This document shows positions 50,963 through 61,535 of a DNA stretch of 64,000 nucleotides, one piece after another. This DNA comes from Chloroflexota bacterium (GTDB taxonomy: Bacteria > Chloroflexota > Dehalococcoidia > Lucifugimonadales > UBA3495), in assembly GCA_027623675.1 (NCBI GenBank), contig JAQBVF010000003.1:1-64000 (forward strand), read 5' to 3'. The notes below the pieces were generated by a model. The model saw only the letters and a program-made list of their open reading frames with translations. It had not been told where the DNA came from and searched no databases. A program made the translations under genes and the position numbers. Position 1 is the stretch's first letter, and the number at the start of each line of letters is the position of its first letter.

Positions 50963-51100
50963 GGCGGGATGACCACCTGGTGCTAGTCACCCTAGATTCG
51001 CTCGTACCGAGAGGTGCCTGGGCGATTTTGGGTTTGACGCTGGGCAGGGACCCAACCTCCTACCGCAGAAGTCTGGTTATTGGCTGCGAGTCCGCCGAAG

Positions 51101-51925
51101 TTACACCTGGCATTTGGGGCAGAAATAAGTGCCGCGCGCCCGGACCCTGATGGCGGCCATGTTGGTCTGGCAGTTGGGGCATTCTGCTTTTTCGTCGCGG
51201 GGATGGCTCCAGGTGGTCAGGGCCGTCGGAGCGTTCGGCCAGAGCTGGTCGCGGGCCCGGTCGTAAACGCCGTAGGCCGCGGTGAGGGCGTCGATGATTG
51301 ACTGACGCAGCCGGGCCAGTTCGCCGGTGGACAGTCCCGACGCGGGCCGCTCCGGATGGATGCCGGCCAGGAACAGGGATTCGTCGGCATACAGGTTCCC
51401 AAGCCCGCAGGCAACGGACTGTTCCAGCAGCAGCGCCTTCACCGGGGTCTTTCTGCCGTGGAATGACTCCGCCAGCGTCTCCACGGTGAAATCGTCATCG
51501 AAAGGCTCCGGGCTCATGGCGGGCAGCACCTCGTCTGGTGAGTCCACCAGCCACAGCTTGCCGAACTTGCGTCCGTCCTCAAATCGTAGTTCCCGGCCAT
51601 CGTTTAGGGGGAACGAGTGCCGGACCATCGGATGGGGCTTCTGCGATTGAGGCTGGATGTATAGTCTGCCGGTCATGCCCAGATGCACGATGAATGTGCC
51701 TGGACCGGCGCCAGAGGGCTGCGGAGACAGCGGGAAGATCAGGTATTTGCCCCGGCGTTGAATATCCTGAATCGTGCGGCCCTTGATTCCCCCGGCTAGC
51801 TCCGCCGCCGACGGCTTCTTGACCGTATTGGCCCAGGTGATGTCAGCGCCGGTGATAGTCGCTCCCAGGAATCCAGACCGGACCAGGTTGCGGCGCGTGT
51901 TCTCCACCTCGGGCAGTTCAGGCAT
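51101..51925 (-). CDS. mutM: formamidopyrimidine-DNA glycosylase
   Basis: MPELPEVE, RRGKYL, HLGMTG, GLGNLYADE, CPNC..R.TYFCPKCQ zinc finger. Confidence 0.93.
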   Translation of the reverse strand: MPELPEVENTRRNLVRSGFLGATITGADITWANTVKKPSAAELAGGIKGRTIQDIQRRGKYLIFPLSPQPSGAGPGTFIVHLGMTGRLYIQPQSQKPHPMVRHSFPLNDGRELRFEDGRKFGKLWLVDSPDEVLPAMSPEPFDDDFTVETLAESFHGRKTPVKALLLEQSVACGLGNLYADESLFLAGIHPERPASGLSTGELARLRQSIIDALTAAYGVYDRARDQLWPNAPTALTTWSHPRDEKAECPNCQTNMAAIRVRARGTYFCPKCQV

Positions 51926-52064
51926 CAGGCAGGGCCTCCGGACTCTGTTTGGATTGAGTAGGGCTTGAGAAGGGCGCTTGACCAGAGATTGGAAATACCA
52001 TTCTATACGGTGATACTCTCTACGACGAGTGAAACGAAACACCAGCCGGGATAAGGGTGACCTC

Positions 52065-53075
52065 ATGAAATTTGGCATCTATAGCTCCATCGCCAACCCT
52101 CCCCGCGGCGAGGACCTGCCCCGGTGCGTGGACGAGGTTATCGAAGAGTCGCGGTTGGCCGAGCAGGCCGGGTTCGACTCTTGCTTCTTTGGAGAACACC
52201 ATCAGGACAAAGATGGGTTCCTGCCGTCGCCGTTGATCGTGTGCACGGCGGTGGCCGCATCCACCACAACCCTCCGAGTTGGAACTTCGGTGATCTTGCT
52301 GCCGCTGCACCATCCGGTGCGTTTGGCCGAAGACGTGGTCACCCTGGACATAATCTCCAAGGGACGGGTCACGCTGGGGGTTGGGCTGGGCTACCAGGAC
52401 GCGGATTTCCGGGCTTTCGGCGTCAACATGTCCGACCGTGTCGGGCTGTTCGAGGAAAAGGTGGAGATACTGCGCCGTTGCTGGTCAGGCGAGGAGTTCT
52501 CTTACAACGGCAAGCACCACCAGATCGAGAACCTGCGTGTGCGTCCCGACCCGGTGCAAACGCCGCACCCTCCGATTTGGATAGGCGCCAGTGTGCCGGC
52601 CAGCGCGCGGCGGGCGGCCAATATCGGCGATGCCATCGTCACCACGCCCAGCACCACGCTGGATAACACCTGCCGATTGATCGACAGTTATCGAGACGCT
52701 GCCGTGGCCGCGGGAAAAACCCCTGCGCCGATCATCATGCGGGACGCCTGGGTGGCGGGCTCCAGAAAGGAGGCGGAGGAGGTCTACGGCCCGGAGGTGA
52801 TGGCGGCCTACCGGTACTATTGGCAGAACGGACTACCCGAGTTCAGGTCCATTCAGAACGAGTCGGAGCTGACCCTGGAACGGGTGGCGAAAGACCGCCT
52901 GATCATGGGCGAACCCGAGGAATGTCTCAACGAATTTCAGCGCTGGAGCGAGGCGACCGGCGCTGCGTCATGTCTGCTGCGGCTGCGGCACGCCCACTCC
53001 GGGGGCCCGTCTCACGCCCAGATCATGAAGACTATCGACCTGATCGGCGACCGGATCATCCCCTACATGGACTAG
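52065..53075 (+). CDS. LLM class flavin-dependent oxidoreductase
   Basis: AEQAGFDSCFFGEHH, LPLHHPVRLAED..TLD.IS.GR..LGVGLGY, PPIWIG. Confidence 0.9.
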   Translation: MKFGIYSSIANPPRGEDLPRCVDEVIEESRLAEQAGFDSCFFGEHHQDKDGFLPSPLIVCTAVAASTTTLRVGTSVILLPLHHPVRLAEDVVTLDIISKGRVTLGVGLGYQDADFRAFGVNMSDRVGLFEEKVEILRRCWSGEEFSYNGKHHQIENLRVRPDPVQTPHPPIWIGASVPASARRAANIGDAIVTTPSTTLDNTCRLIDSYRDAAVAAGKTPAPIIMRDAWVAGSRKEAEEVYGPEVMAAYRYYWQNGLPEFRSIQNESELTLERVAKDRLIMGEPEECLNEFQRWSEATGAASCLLRLRHAHSGGPSHAQIMKTIDLIGDRIIPYMD

Positions 53076-53260
53076 CGGAAGCTGGGCGTCACTTTTCTTG
53101 CCTCTGGCGAAATTCCCCTTAGATCCCCCGTTACGACGTGGGGCGAGGGGATTTCCGCGCCTCCCCACCCACCGCCACCGTACCCCTCACCGCAATTGCC
53201 ACAAAGCTGCAAGCTGATCGGCGAGAGCTTACCTTCTAGAGCCTGCACCCGCACCACCTC

Positions 53261-53288
53261 TTTACCGAACATTTACCCGGTTTTGACC
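53261..53288 (+). promoter_or_regulatory. 11-bp-phased direct repeats (Pho-box/OmpR-type site) upstream of the kinase
   Basis: TTTACC-n5-TTTACC-n5-TTGACC. Confidence 0.45.
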
Positions 53289-53421
53289 TTACCGACATGG
53301 ACGGTATATGAGCATGCCGCTAGCCTTTAGCGGTGGTCCAAGGGAGGCAGTGCCCGGTTCGGTGACCAGGACCAGCCCCACATCCAAGTTCGCGACGGGT
53401 CATCTCGAGGGAATAAGAGAA

Positions 53422-55401
53422 ATGTTGGAGTTTTTCAAGCAACATTCAGCCGGAAGATGCCGGACCGTCTTATTCGCGTTGGTTCTTCCTTTGATCATTG
53501 CAGGCGGCGTCTTTATCTGGCAGGACTACCAAGCACGCCGCGAAGCGATCGTTACCGAGGTTGGCCTAAAATCTGCGTTGATCAATTCTCAGCTTGAAGA
53601 TTTCGTGCACACGGTGCGCGGGGCCAGCGGCGTGTTCGCGGCCGACTGGGTGGCGGAGAACGATCCAGCAGCGATCGACGTTAGAGAGATGAATGAGCAT
53701 CTCGCGAGTTTCGCATCTGAATGGCCTAATTTTTCAAACGCCTTCATAACCGGGTCAGACGGCACGATCGTGGGGTCCTCGGACCAAGCGTTGATCGGCA
53801 GCCGAGTAGGCAGCGCAGAATTGTACGAACAGGCGCTCTCCACCCTTAGGTTCACGGTTTCAGACGTTGTCACGCACGTGTCGGAAGGACCTCCGTTCGC
53901 CCTGTTCATCCAGCCGATGATCTGGGAGGGCGCTGAGCAAGTTTCCTTCCAAGTTTCCTTCATGGTGCTTGAGACCCCGCTGGATACGATCTCCAGTTTC
54001 TTGGACATGAGCACCGGTTTCCCCGCCAGCGCCAAATCTGGGATCTTCGATAGCCAGGGCCTTATCTTGGCCGGTACGGGCTACGAGGCGCCCCACCCCG
54101 GTATGGCCGCGGGGCGAAATATAAGCGCCAGCGCGGTTTGGAAACAGGCGGCGACCCGACCCACCGGCGAGTGGTTCGGACCCGGGTTGGACAACGTTTC
54201 TCGAATAATCTTTTTCGGATATCCGGATAACACTCCTTGGGTGACAACGGTTGCCTACGCCCAGTCGGAGCTTTTCGACCCGCTTTGGCAGCGGCTCTGG
54301 ACCTTTGGCGCCGTGCTGGTGGCAACATTCCTGGGCATTATCTGGGCCGGAGAGGTATTCATACGGCGGGAGCGCCTCGAGCGAAGCAAGCTGGAGAAAG
54401 AACAACTCACTCTTGATGCGGTGATGACCGGCTCTTCGGATGGAATCATGATCATCGATTCCATGGACCGGATCGGGTTTGCCAACCGGCGGTTGGGAGA
54501 GATGTTTGGGTTGCGCTCCCAAAACCTGATCGGACAATCTTTCGATGTGGTACGTGGCGTGATGGCCGCCCAAAGCGCCACGCCCGAGACCACCGACGAC
54601 CAACTTGACCGGGCGGTCAACGCAAGCGGCAAGGTGGTCGTGGACAATCTGAAGTTGAAAGACTCGATCGGACTGGAAATGGAGATGACCTCCTACGAAT
54701 TGCGCCAGTCCAATGGAGATGCTTTGGGGCGCACCTTGGTCTTCCACGACATCACACAGTCGGCGGAGGTCCAACGCAGCCGGTCTGCTTTCATCGCCAC
54801 GGCGTCGCATCAACTTAGGACGCCCATGGCTTCGATCATGGCGACCTCAGAGCTGCTGTTGTCGCAGCAGATTCCGCCGGCCAAACAGCGGCAACTGCTG
54901 GAAATGGTCCAATCCCAATCGACCCGTATGACGGACATGATCAACACGCTCCTCAGTGTCTCTCTCATCGACGCCGGGCAGGTTGAGATCAATCTCGAGA
55001 ATTTTGACGCCGGGAAGCTGTGCCGCACGCTTGCCATGGAGTTCGAAGCCCGTTCGCCGGGCCATAAGTTCGAGGTCAATTTGGCCGTTCCTGAGATATG
55101 CGTCAGGGCCGACAGATTGCGGTTCACTCAGATACTGGAGGACCTGATCGACAACGCCGTCAAATACACGCCAGGCTCCGGCAAGATCACCATCGGCGCC
55201 GAGTTGGCCGAGCGGGGAATGGTCAGGTTCAGCGTTTCTGACACCGGGGTCGGCATCACGCCCGGTGGCTTGAAGGACATCTTCAAGCCGGAATCACCCA
55301 GATACCCGCGGCCACCTGGCAGGTCAATTACCGCGCCAAGCGGAATGAAACCGACGCAGGATTCACCTGGTTCACCAATGCCGTGGATATCAGCCTCGTA
55401 G
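53422..55401 (+). pseudogene. membrane sensor histidine kinase (Cache-PAS-HisKA-HATPase) truncated after the G1/F box
   Basis: TM-Cache-TM, PAS, SHQLRTP, DNAVKY, DTGVG..IFKP, then unrelated sequence; the G2 box (GxGLGL) is absent. Confidence 0.7.
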
Positions 55402-56591
55402 GAGGTCCAAGCTGGCAGAACATAGATCTGTCGTCCTACGTGCCGTCCACGGCTTCGGGCGCGATCGTCCTGGCCGTTAACATGGGCTCCAGCAGCGACT
55501 ACAGCGCCGTATTTCGGGGCACGGAGGATACCCGCGACTATCTGTCTAACCCCTTGTATGAAGAGATTGAGGCATACACCCAACGCTGGCAGATCGTGAA
55601 GTTGGACGGCAGCCGAGTCATCCAAGGTTTCACCGAGAGCAGCGAGGTCGATTTCAAATTGCTGGGCTACACGTCGGGCGGCGACCCGTCTTATTTCACT
55701 ACGCCGGTGGATGTAACCCCGGCCGCGGTTGCCGCGTGGACCACCGTGGATGTTTCGGCAAGCGTCGATGCCGAAGCCGACGGCGTGGTGCTGCTCGTTG
55801 ACTCGATCTCCAGCGAGGACCGTGGCTACGGGATACGGGAGACGGGCAGCACCGATTCCGCCGACCTCTTGGAACTAGAAGAATATGGCAACACGATGTA
55901 CCTGGTTGGCATCGACACCCTGAACCAGTTCAGCGCCTACATCCAGGATAGTGACGTCAGGATATACCTTGTGGCGCAGACCAAGGGGTCGGTCGTCTAC
56001 TACGTCAACAACGTGCCGGTTGCCGACCCGGCTCAGGGGTCTTGGCAGGTGTTGGATGCCGATGATTACAGCGTTGCCGCCGAAGCCAACGGCCTGATCC
56101 TGGCGGCGGAAAAGAATAAAGCCGGCGACAAACGCCTCAGTTTCAGGCGCGGTGGCTCCACAGACGATTGGGGTGTCGGCGACATTGGTCACGGCACCCA
56201 ATTGCAAGCTGGAGTGGGTTTAAACGACCAGAATGTGTGGGAAGAATATATGGAAAGCGATGCGGCCGATGTTTGGATCGCGGCCTACACCCGGTTCCTA
56301 ACCTGGGACGTCCACGCCGACATGGACATACTCGTCCGGCAGGCCAGTGGGTTAGTAAGGGCGACTTTGGCCAGTGAAACCGCCAACAGCGGAGTGATAT
56401 CTTCGGCAACATGGCAGGGTTACCTGGCAAGCCATGTGTTCCCCGCCTACACGGTGGTGGACCAGACGGACTACCTGGAGATCGACCTGTTCGCCGATTC
56501 GGTCACCAATGACTTTTCCCGAGCTATGTCCGTCGATTTCCGGATCGACGACGCCGTCTACCCGGTCAGCACTCAGACCAACATCGACTGA
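55290..56591 (+). pseudogene. 5'-truncated acidic beta-rich surface/extracellular protein with three ~100-aa repeats
   Basis: Frame reads GITQIPAATWQVNYRAKR.. from ~55290. Repeats: FTNAVDIS..SWQNIDLS..ASGAIV / FTTPVDVT..AWTTVDVS..ADGVVL / YVNNVPVA..SWQVLDAD..ANGLIL. No signal peptide. Confidence 0.6.
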
Positions 56592-56987
56592 TGAATAGGG
56601 CAAATGACCCGGGAGGTATTGATTTGCTAACAGGCTTTCCGATATGCCAAGTTTCGCTAAACAGATCGGATATGGTCACGTCCACCCGTGCGCTGGGGGC
56701 AGCTACCCAAATGATTATGGGTGAATGCCCACATGCCAATCACCGCCGGCCGTGGGAATATTGACTACACATTATCTCCTAACTCGGGGTTGCCTCTACC
56801 AGGCGTCTACTCCCGTCTGGCAGGCAACTCCGAAAGGAGAGAGTTGGGAGCGAGCTGATCGAAGCGATCGTTGGCCTTTTGGTGGGTTGGAAGTGAGGGG
56901 CGGGACCGGGCGCTTCATCTGGAACAGCTTGAAATCAACTGCACGATAATCGGGTTCCCAAAATCTACCTGGAAAAGGGTTTAGAAC

Positions 56988-57548
56988 ATGGATCGAGACT
57001 ATAAATGGGGTTCTTCTATGTTGGTTGACTCACCGGCGAACAAAGGCGTCGCGCTGGCTGGGCCCTCAGCCGAACCAGCGGGATCGTTAGGCGAAAAGAT
57101 TAACTTTCTGGGCAAGACGGAGCTGTTCAAGGAACTGCCACAGGAGGTGTTGCGCCAACTGGCTGAAGAGACCCGGATGGTGTACCACCCCAAAGGTTTC
57201 CGCATCCGGAACACGGAGAGGGCCGACGGAGAGGACACCACATTGATAGACGGGCTTTACGTGATCAAATTCGGCGCGGCCAAGGTGACCAAGGCCTCCG
57301 AGTTCGGTGACGCCGAAGCGGTGGTCGCGATCTTGGGCAATGGAAATTGGTTTGGTGAGATCGGGTTGATCGACGGCCTGCCACCGTCGGCTAACGTTAC
57401 GGCCATGAGTCCCATGGAGAGCTTCTTTCTGCCCAGGGAGAGTTTCTGGAACGCCTTGAACGAGAACCCCAAGATCGCGGTTGCCATGCTGCCCGCACTG
57501 GGGAATATGGTCCGCATGGCCGACCAATGGATCTCACAGCTGCTCTAG
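56988..57548 (+). CDS. cyclic nucleotide-binding domain protein (no HTH)
   Basis: LFKEL, GLYVIKFG.AKV, GNWFGEIGLIDGLPPSANVTA. Confidence 0.82.
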   Translation: MDRDYKWGSSMLVDSPANKGVALAGPSAEPAGSLGEKINFLGKTELFKELPQEVLRQLAEETRMVYHPKGFRIRNTERADGEDTTLIDGLYVIKFGAAKVTKASEFGDAEAVVAILGNGNWFGEIGLIDGLPPSANVTAMSPMESFFLPRESFWNALNENPKIAVAMLPALGNMVRMADQWISQLL

Positions 57549-57701
57549 GGCTGACCTTAGCCAAGGTTCTTGGTGAGCCCTGTCGGACCACTTGCGCATG
57601 TAAGCCAGGACGGCGAAGGCTCCGGTAGACCCAGGCAGCCGAAGGCCTCCATTCCGTTGTTCTTGAATGGACCAGCGAAGTGAGGAAACCACTGCCAATC
57701 A

Positions 57702-57742
57702 ACAGCCCCCTGGTTCCGATGGAATCGGAACCAGGGGGCTGT
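57702..57742. terminator. 19-bp perfect stem-loop between the convergent cNMP gene and ileS
   Basis: ACAGCCCCCTGGTTCCGAT-GGA-ATCGGAACCAGGGGGCTGT. Confidence 0.7.
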
Positions 57743-57820
57743 CATTACTGATCAGGCTGCACCTCCGGCAAGCTAAGTGTGGGCGGATCCCGGAGGTGGC
57801 TGTCTCGAAACGGTTGGGCG

Positions 57821-60800
57821 TTATACCCGCTGAACGCTTAGAGTGATCTCCATGCCGTTCACCTTGGCGGTTTCCGAGGCAGCTTCGATCACCGTGTCCG
57901 CGTCCTGAGCGCCGTCCACCAGTTTGGTGCTAAGGGTCTCGTCCCGGATGTACTCCGAGAACGAGCCTCGCATCAGATCGGCGATCGGGCCGGCCCCTTG
58001 CCCCGTGGCCTGGTAGTAAGTCACGATACGGTCGGTCACGTCGAAATCGGCTGACCGGCGCAGCCCCTGGATGCGGTGGACGATCTCCCGCGCCAGACCC
58101 TCTTCGGCCAGTTCGGGGGTGATCGCGCCGTCCACGGCCACCATGTAGCCTCCCTCTAAAGAGACGGAGTAATGGTCCGCCGAGACGATGGTCTCCGTTT
58201 GGCCGCCGGCCTGCTCCAAGACCTGCCCAACCAAGGGCGCGTCGTCGGAGATGATCTGGATGTCCTTGATGTTCAACTCCTCCAAAACCTGGGGGCGCAC
58301 TTGGGTGAGGTAGCCTTCTTCGGCGGGCTCGCGGACCTTTACCAAGACTCTGGCCAGCGGTTGGCGCACCTTCAGTCCCGCCTTGGAGCGGGCGGCGCGG
58401 CCCATGCTGGACACCTTCATGGCCAGGCGGGTGGCCTGCATCAGCGGTTCGTCCACCAGGGATTGGTCGGCTTTCGGGTAGTCGGACAGGTGAACGCTGT
58501 CTGGGGCCGATGGGTCCACCGAGCAGACCAGGTTCTGGTACATCTCCTCGGCTACGAACGGCGCCAGGGGCGCCATAACTTTGGCCACCGTGACCAGGCA
58601 GGTGTGCAGCGTGACGTAGCCCGACTGCTTGTCGGCGTCGCCCTCGCTCCTCCAGAACCGGCGGCGGCTGCGGCGCACGTACCAGTTGGAAAGCTGGTCG
58701 ATGAACTCCTGGATGCGCCGGCCGGCGTTGGTCGGCTCGTAGCCTTCCATGTAGCCGTCCACCTGGGCGACCAGCGTGTTCAATTCGGACAAGATCCAGC
58801 GGTCAAGCTCGTTCTCAGGCTTCCAGTCGACTGGGGTCTGCGAAGGGTCGAACTTGTCGATCTCGGCGTAGCCGATGAAGAACGAGTAGACGTTCCACAG
58901 CGTGAGCATCACCTTTCTGAGAGTCTCACTGACCAGCTTGGCCGAGAAACGCCGTGGCTCGCCAGGATGGGAGGCGGTGAACAGGTACCAGCGCAGGGCG
59001 TCGGCGCCGTGTTCGTCCAGCACCGACAGCGGCTCGACCACGTTACCCACCCGCTTGCTCATCTTGCGGCCCTTCTCATCCAGGATCAGACCCAGGCAGA
59101 TGACATTCTTGTAGGCCGGCTGGCCCTTGAGCAGGGTGGAGAGGGCGTGCAGGCTGTAGAACCAGCCACGGGTCTGGTCCACCGCCTCGCAGATGTAATC
59201 GGCTGGGAAGCGGCCGTCCTGCTCGATGCTGTCGTTTTCAAACGGATAATGCCACTGGGCGAAGGGCATGGCGCCCGAGTCGAACCAGGCGTCCATGACC
59301 TCGGGGATCCGGTGCATCTTGCCTGAGCAGCCCCCAGCGGCGCAATCCATCTCGATGTCATCGACGAATGGGCGGTGCAGGTCCAGTTCGCCGCCGCTTA
59401 GGCTGCCGTTGACCCCGGCCATGCCTTTAAGCTCGTCCACTCCGCCGATGCAGACCTGGTGGTTGCACGAATGGCAATACCAGATAGGTATGGGCGTGCC
59501 CCAGTAGCGCTCCCGGGAGATGGCCCAGTCGACGTTGTTGCGTAGCCATTCGCCGAAGCGCCCGTATTTGATGTACTCGGGATACCAGTTGATCGTGTCA
59601 TTACCACTTACAAGCTGGTCTTTCAACGCCGATGTCCGGATGTACCACGAGCTCTTGGCGTAGTAGAGCAGCGGCGTGTCGCAGCGCCAGCAGAAGGGGT
59701 AGGTGTGCCGGTAGATGTCCCGGTGGAAGAGCAGGCCGCGGGACTTAAGCTCCTCCATGATCTCTTCGTCGGCGGTCTTCACGAACTTGCCGGCGAAGGG
59801 GTAATTTCCGGTGATGATGCCCTGCAGGTCCACCGGCTGGACGAATGAAAGCTCCTTCTCCCGGCCCACGCCCAAGTCCTCATCACCGAAGGCCGGAGCG
59901 ATGTGGACGATGCCGGTGCCGTCGTCCAGAGACACGAACTCGGCGGAGATCACACGGGGCGCGAAATCGCTGGAGTCCTCAAGCTCGGTCACCGTCGCGC
60001 CGCCGGGGCCGGGCCGCCGCGTGAACCGGCGCACCTGGGCGCCGAATTCGTTTGGATCGTAGAGAGGAGTGTAGCCCAGGCCCACCAACTCGGAACCCTT
60101 GATGGTCCCGGCGATGGTGTGTTCCTGTTTGATGTTGGCGGCGATCAGGGCTTGGGCGAGGACCAGACGGTGTCGGCCGCCCTCGCCTTCAAGTTCAACG
60201 ATGCTGTAGTCGGCGTCTTCGGCCACGGCCAGGCCCGTGTTGCCGGGCAGGGTCCACGGCGTGGTGGTCCAGGCCAGCAGAAAAACGTCACAACCGGTAA
60301 CGCCCAGTTTTTCCAGCGTCTCTGCTTTATCCTGGGACGCGGTTGAGTCCACTTTGAACTTCACGAAGACCGACGGGTCGGGCGTGTTCTCTCGGTAGCC
60401 CAGGGCGACTTCGTGGGAGCTGAGGCTGGTTACGCAGCGGGGGCAGTGCGGAGTGCCGCGCATGGTCTGGTAGAGGAGGTCCTTGTCCCACAGGGTTTTC
60501 AGCATCCACCAGCCAGACTCGATATAGTCATTGTCCAGGGTGACGTAGGGATCTTCCATGTCGACCCAATAGCCGATGCGGTCGGTCATGGTCTCCCACT
60601 CTTTCACGTAGCGGAAAACGCTGTCCCGGCACTTCCGGTTGAACTCCTCGATGCCGTACTCTTCGATGTCGCGTTTGCTCTTCAGGCCCAGCTCTTTCTC
60701 GACCTCAAGCTCCACCGGCAGGCCGTGGGTGTCCCAACCGCCCTTGCGCTGCACCCGGTAGCCCTTCATGGTGCGGTAGCGGCAGATGACGTCTTTGAAG

Positions 60801-60988
60801 ACGCGGGCCAGCACGTGGTGGATGCCGGGGCTTCCGTTGGCCGTGGGCGGGCCCTCGTACATCATGAAGAGCGGCGCGTCGGGGCGTTCCGACTCGGTGC
60901 GCCGGAAGACGTTTTTGTCCTTCCAATGCTTCAGGACATCGGCGTCCAGGTTGGGGAAGCTGACGCGGCTTGATACGGACTTAAACAT
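57821..60988 (-). CDS. ileS: isoleucine--tRNA ligase, type 2 (IleRS2)
   Basis: EGPPTANGSPGIHH, GWDTHGLPVE, WTTTPWTLP, GTGIVH, DWAISRERYWGTP, DQTRGWF, KMSKR, type-2 C-terminus. Confidence 0.97.
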   Translation of the reverse strand: MFKSVSSRVSFPNLDADVLKHWKDKNVFRRTESERPDAPLFMMYEGPPTANGSPGIHHVLARVFKDVICRYRTMKGYRVQRKGGWDTHGLPVELEVEKELGLKSKRDIEEYGIEEFNRKCRDSVFRYVKEWETMTDRIGYWVDMEDPYVTLDNDYIESGWWMLKTLWDKDLLYQTMRGTPHCPRCVTSLSSHEVALGYRENTPDPSVFVKFKVDSTASQDKAETLEKLGVTGCDVFLLAWTTTPWTLPGNTGLAVAEDADYSIVELEGEGGRHRLVLAQALIAANIKQEHTIAGTIKGSELVGLGYTPLYDPNEFGAQVRRFTRRPGPGGATVTELEDSSDFAPRVISAEFVSLDDGTGIVHIAPAFGDEDLGVGREKELSFVQPVDLQGIITGNYPFAGKFVKTADEEIMEELKSRGLLFHRDIYRHTYPFCWRCDTPLLYYAKSSWYIRTSALKDQLVSGNDTINWYPEYIKYGRFGEWLRNNVDWAISRERYWGTPIPIWYCHSCNHQVCIGGVDELKGMAGVNGSLSGGELDLHRPFVDDIEMDCAAGGCSGKMHRIPEVMDAWFDSGAMPFAQWHYPFENDSIEQDGRFPADYICEAVDQTRGWFYSLHALSTLLKGQPAYKNVICLGLILDEKGRKMSKRVGNVVEPLSVLDEHGADALRWYLFTASHPGEPRRFSAKLVSETLRKVMLTLWNVYSFFIGYAEIDKFDPSQTPVDWKPENELDRWILSELNTLVAQVDGYMEGYEPTNAGRRIQEFIDQLSNWYVRRSRRRFWRSEGDADKQSGYVTLHTCLVTVAKVMAPLAPFVAEEMYQNLVCSVDPSAPDSVHLSDYPKADQSLVDEPLMQATRLAMKVSSMGRAARSKAGLKVRQPLARVLVKVREPAEEGYLTQVRPQVLEELNIKDIQIISDDAPLVGQVLEQAGGQTETIVSADHYSVSLEGGYMVAVDGAITPELAEEGLAREIVHRIQGLRRSADFDVTDRIVTYYQATGQGAGPIADLMRGSFSEYIRDETLSTKLVDGAQDADTVIEAASETAKVNGMEITLSVQRV

Positions 60989-61150
60989 TTCGAAGGGATT
61001 TCCTTTTCAAAGGGGTTCGTCAAGACCGGCGAGAGCAGCCGATCGAAAGATCTATGGTCGATTTACTAATCGAGCATTATAGCGCAGGCGGCGGCGGCCA
61101 GACACGCTGGCGGCCGGGGCATGTGAAGAGGCCGGAGAAGAAAGCGCGGC

Positions 61151-61519
61151 CTAAGTTAAGAACATATCCGCTTGTATCAGCTTCTGTGCTTCGTGGTCGG
61201 CGGCCAGGCCGAACGCGGCCAGGGTGTGGCGACCCAAGGTCGGCTCGCTGCCGGCCTTGCCGTAGACGCAGATGGTGGTGCGCTCCTGCCCGCCGATGCG
61301 CATGCGGACCTCGGCCATTGGCAGCATCTCCCAGCCGCCGCCGGGCAGGGTGAACCGGGACTCCCATTCGGTGTCCACGCCCAGCATCTCCAGCAGGGTG
61401 GACGGCAGCACCGAGTAGATGTTGTCCGAACCGGCGACCACGATGACCCTCTGGAAGCGGACGCCGTTCCGTGGGCCGATCTCGACGGGGCAGTGGAATG
61501 TTTGGGTTGGCGTGGTCAT
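61151..61519 (-). CDS. clan AA aspartic-protease-like (retropepsin fold) protein, catalytic DTG absent
   Basis: VVAGSDNIYSVLP..LL..LGV..RFTLPGG..LGRHTLAAFGL..D...KL pattern. Confidence 0.6.
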   Translation of the reverse strand: MTTPTQTFHCPVEIGPRNGVRFQRVIVVAGSDNIYSVLPSTLLEMLGVDTEWESRFTLPGGGWEMLPMAEVRMRIGGQERTTICVYGKAGSEPTLGRHTLAAFGLAADHEAQKLIQADMFLT

Positions 61520-61535
61520 GTGAACTGAGTACCCC

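Noticed and set aside
56805..56852. GAAA-tetraloop hairpin upstream of the cNMP-binding gene as a riboswitch
   Set aside because: Only a short CTCC-GAAA-GGAG stem inside a weak outer stem; no family consensus recognised.
60989..61150. T-box leader for ileS
   Set aside because: No GGTGGNACC T-box motif, and the leader is too short after the TATAAT near 61076-61081.
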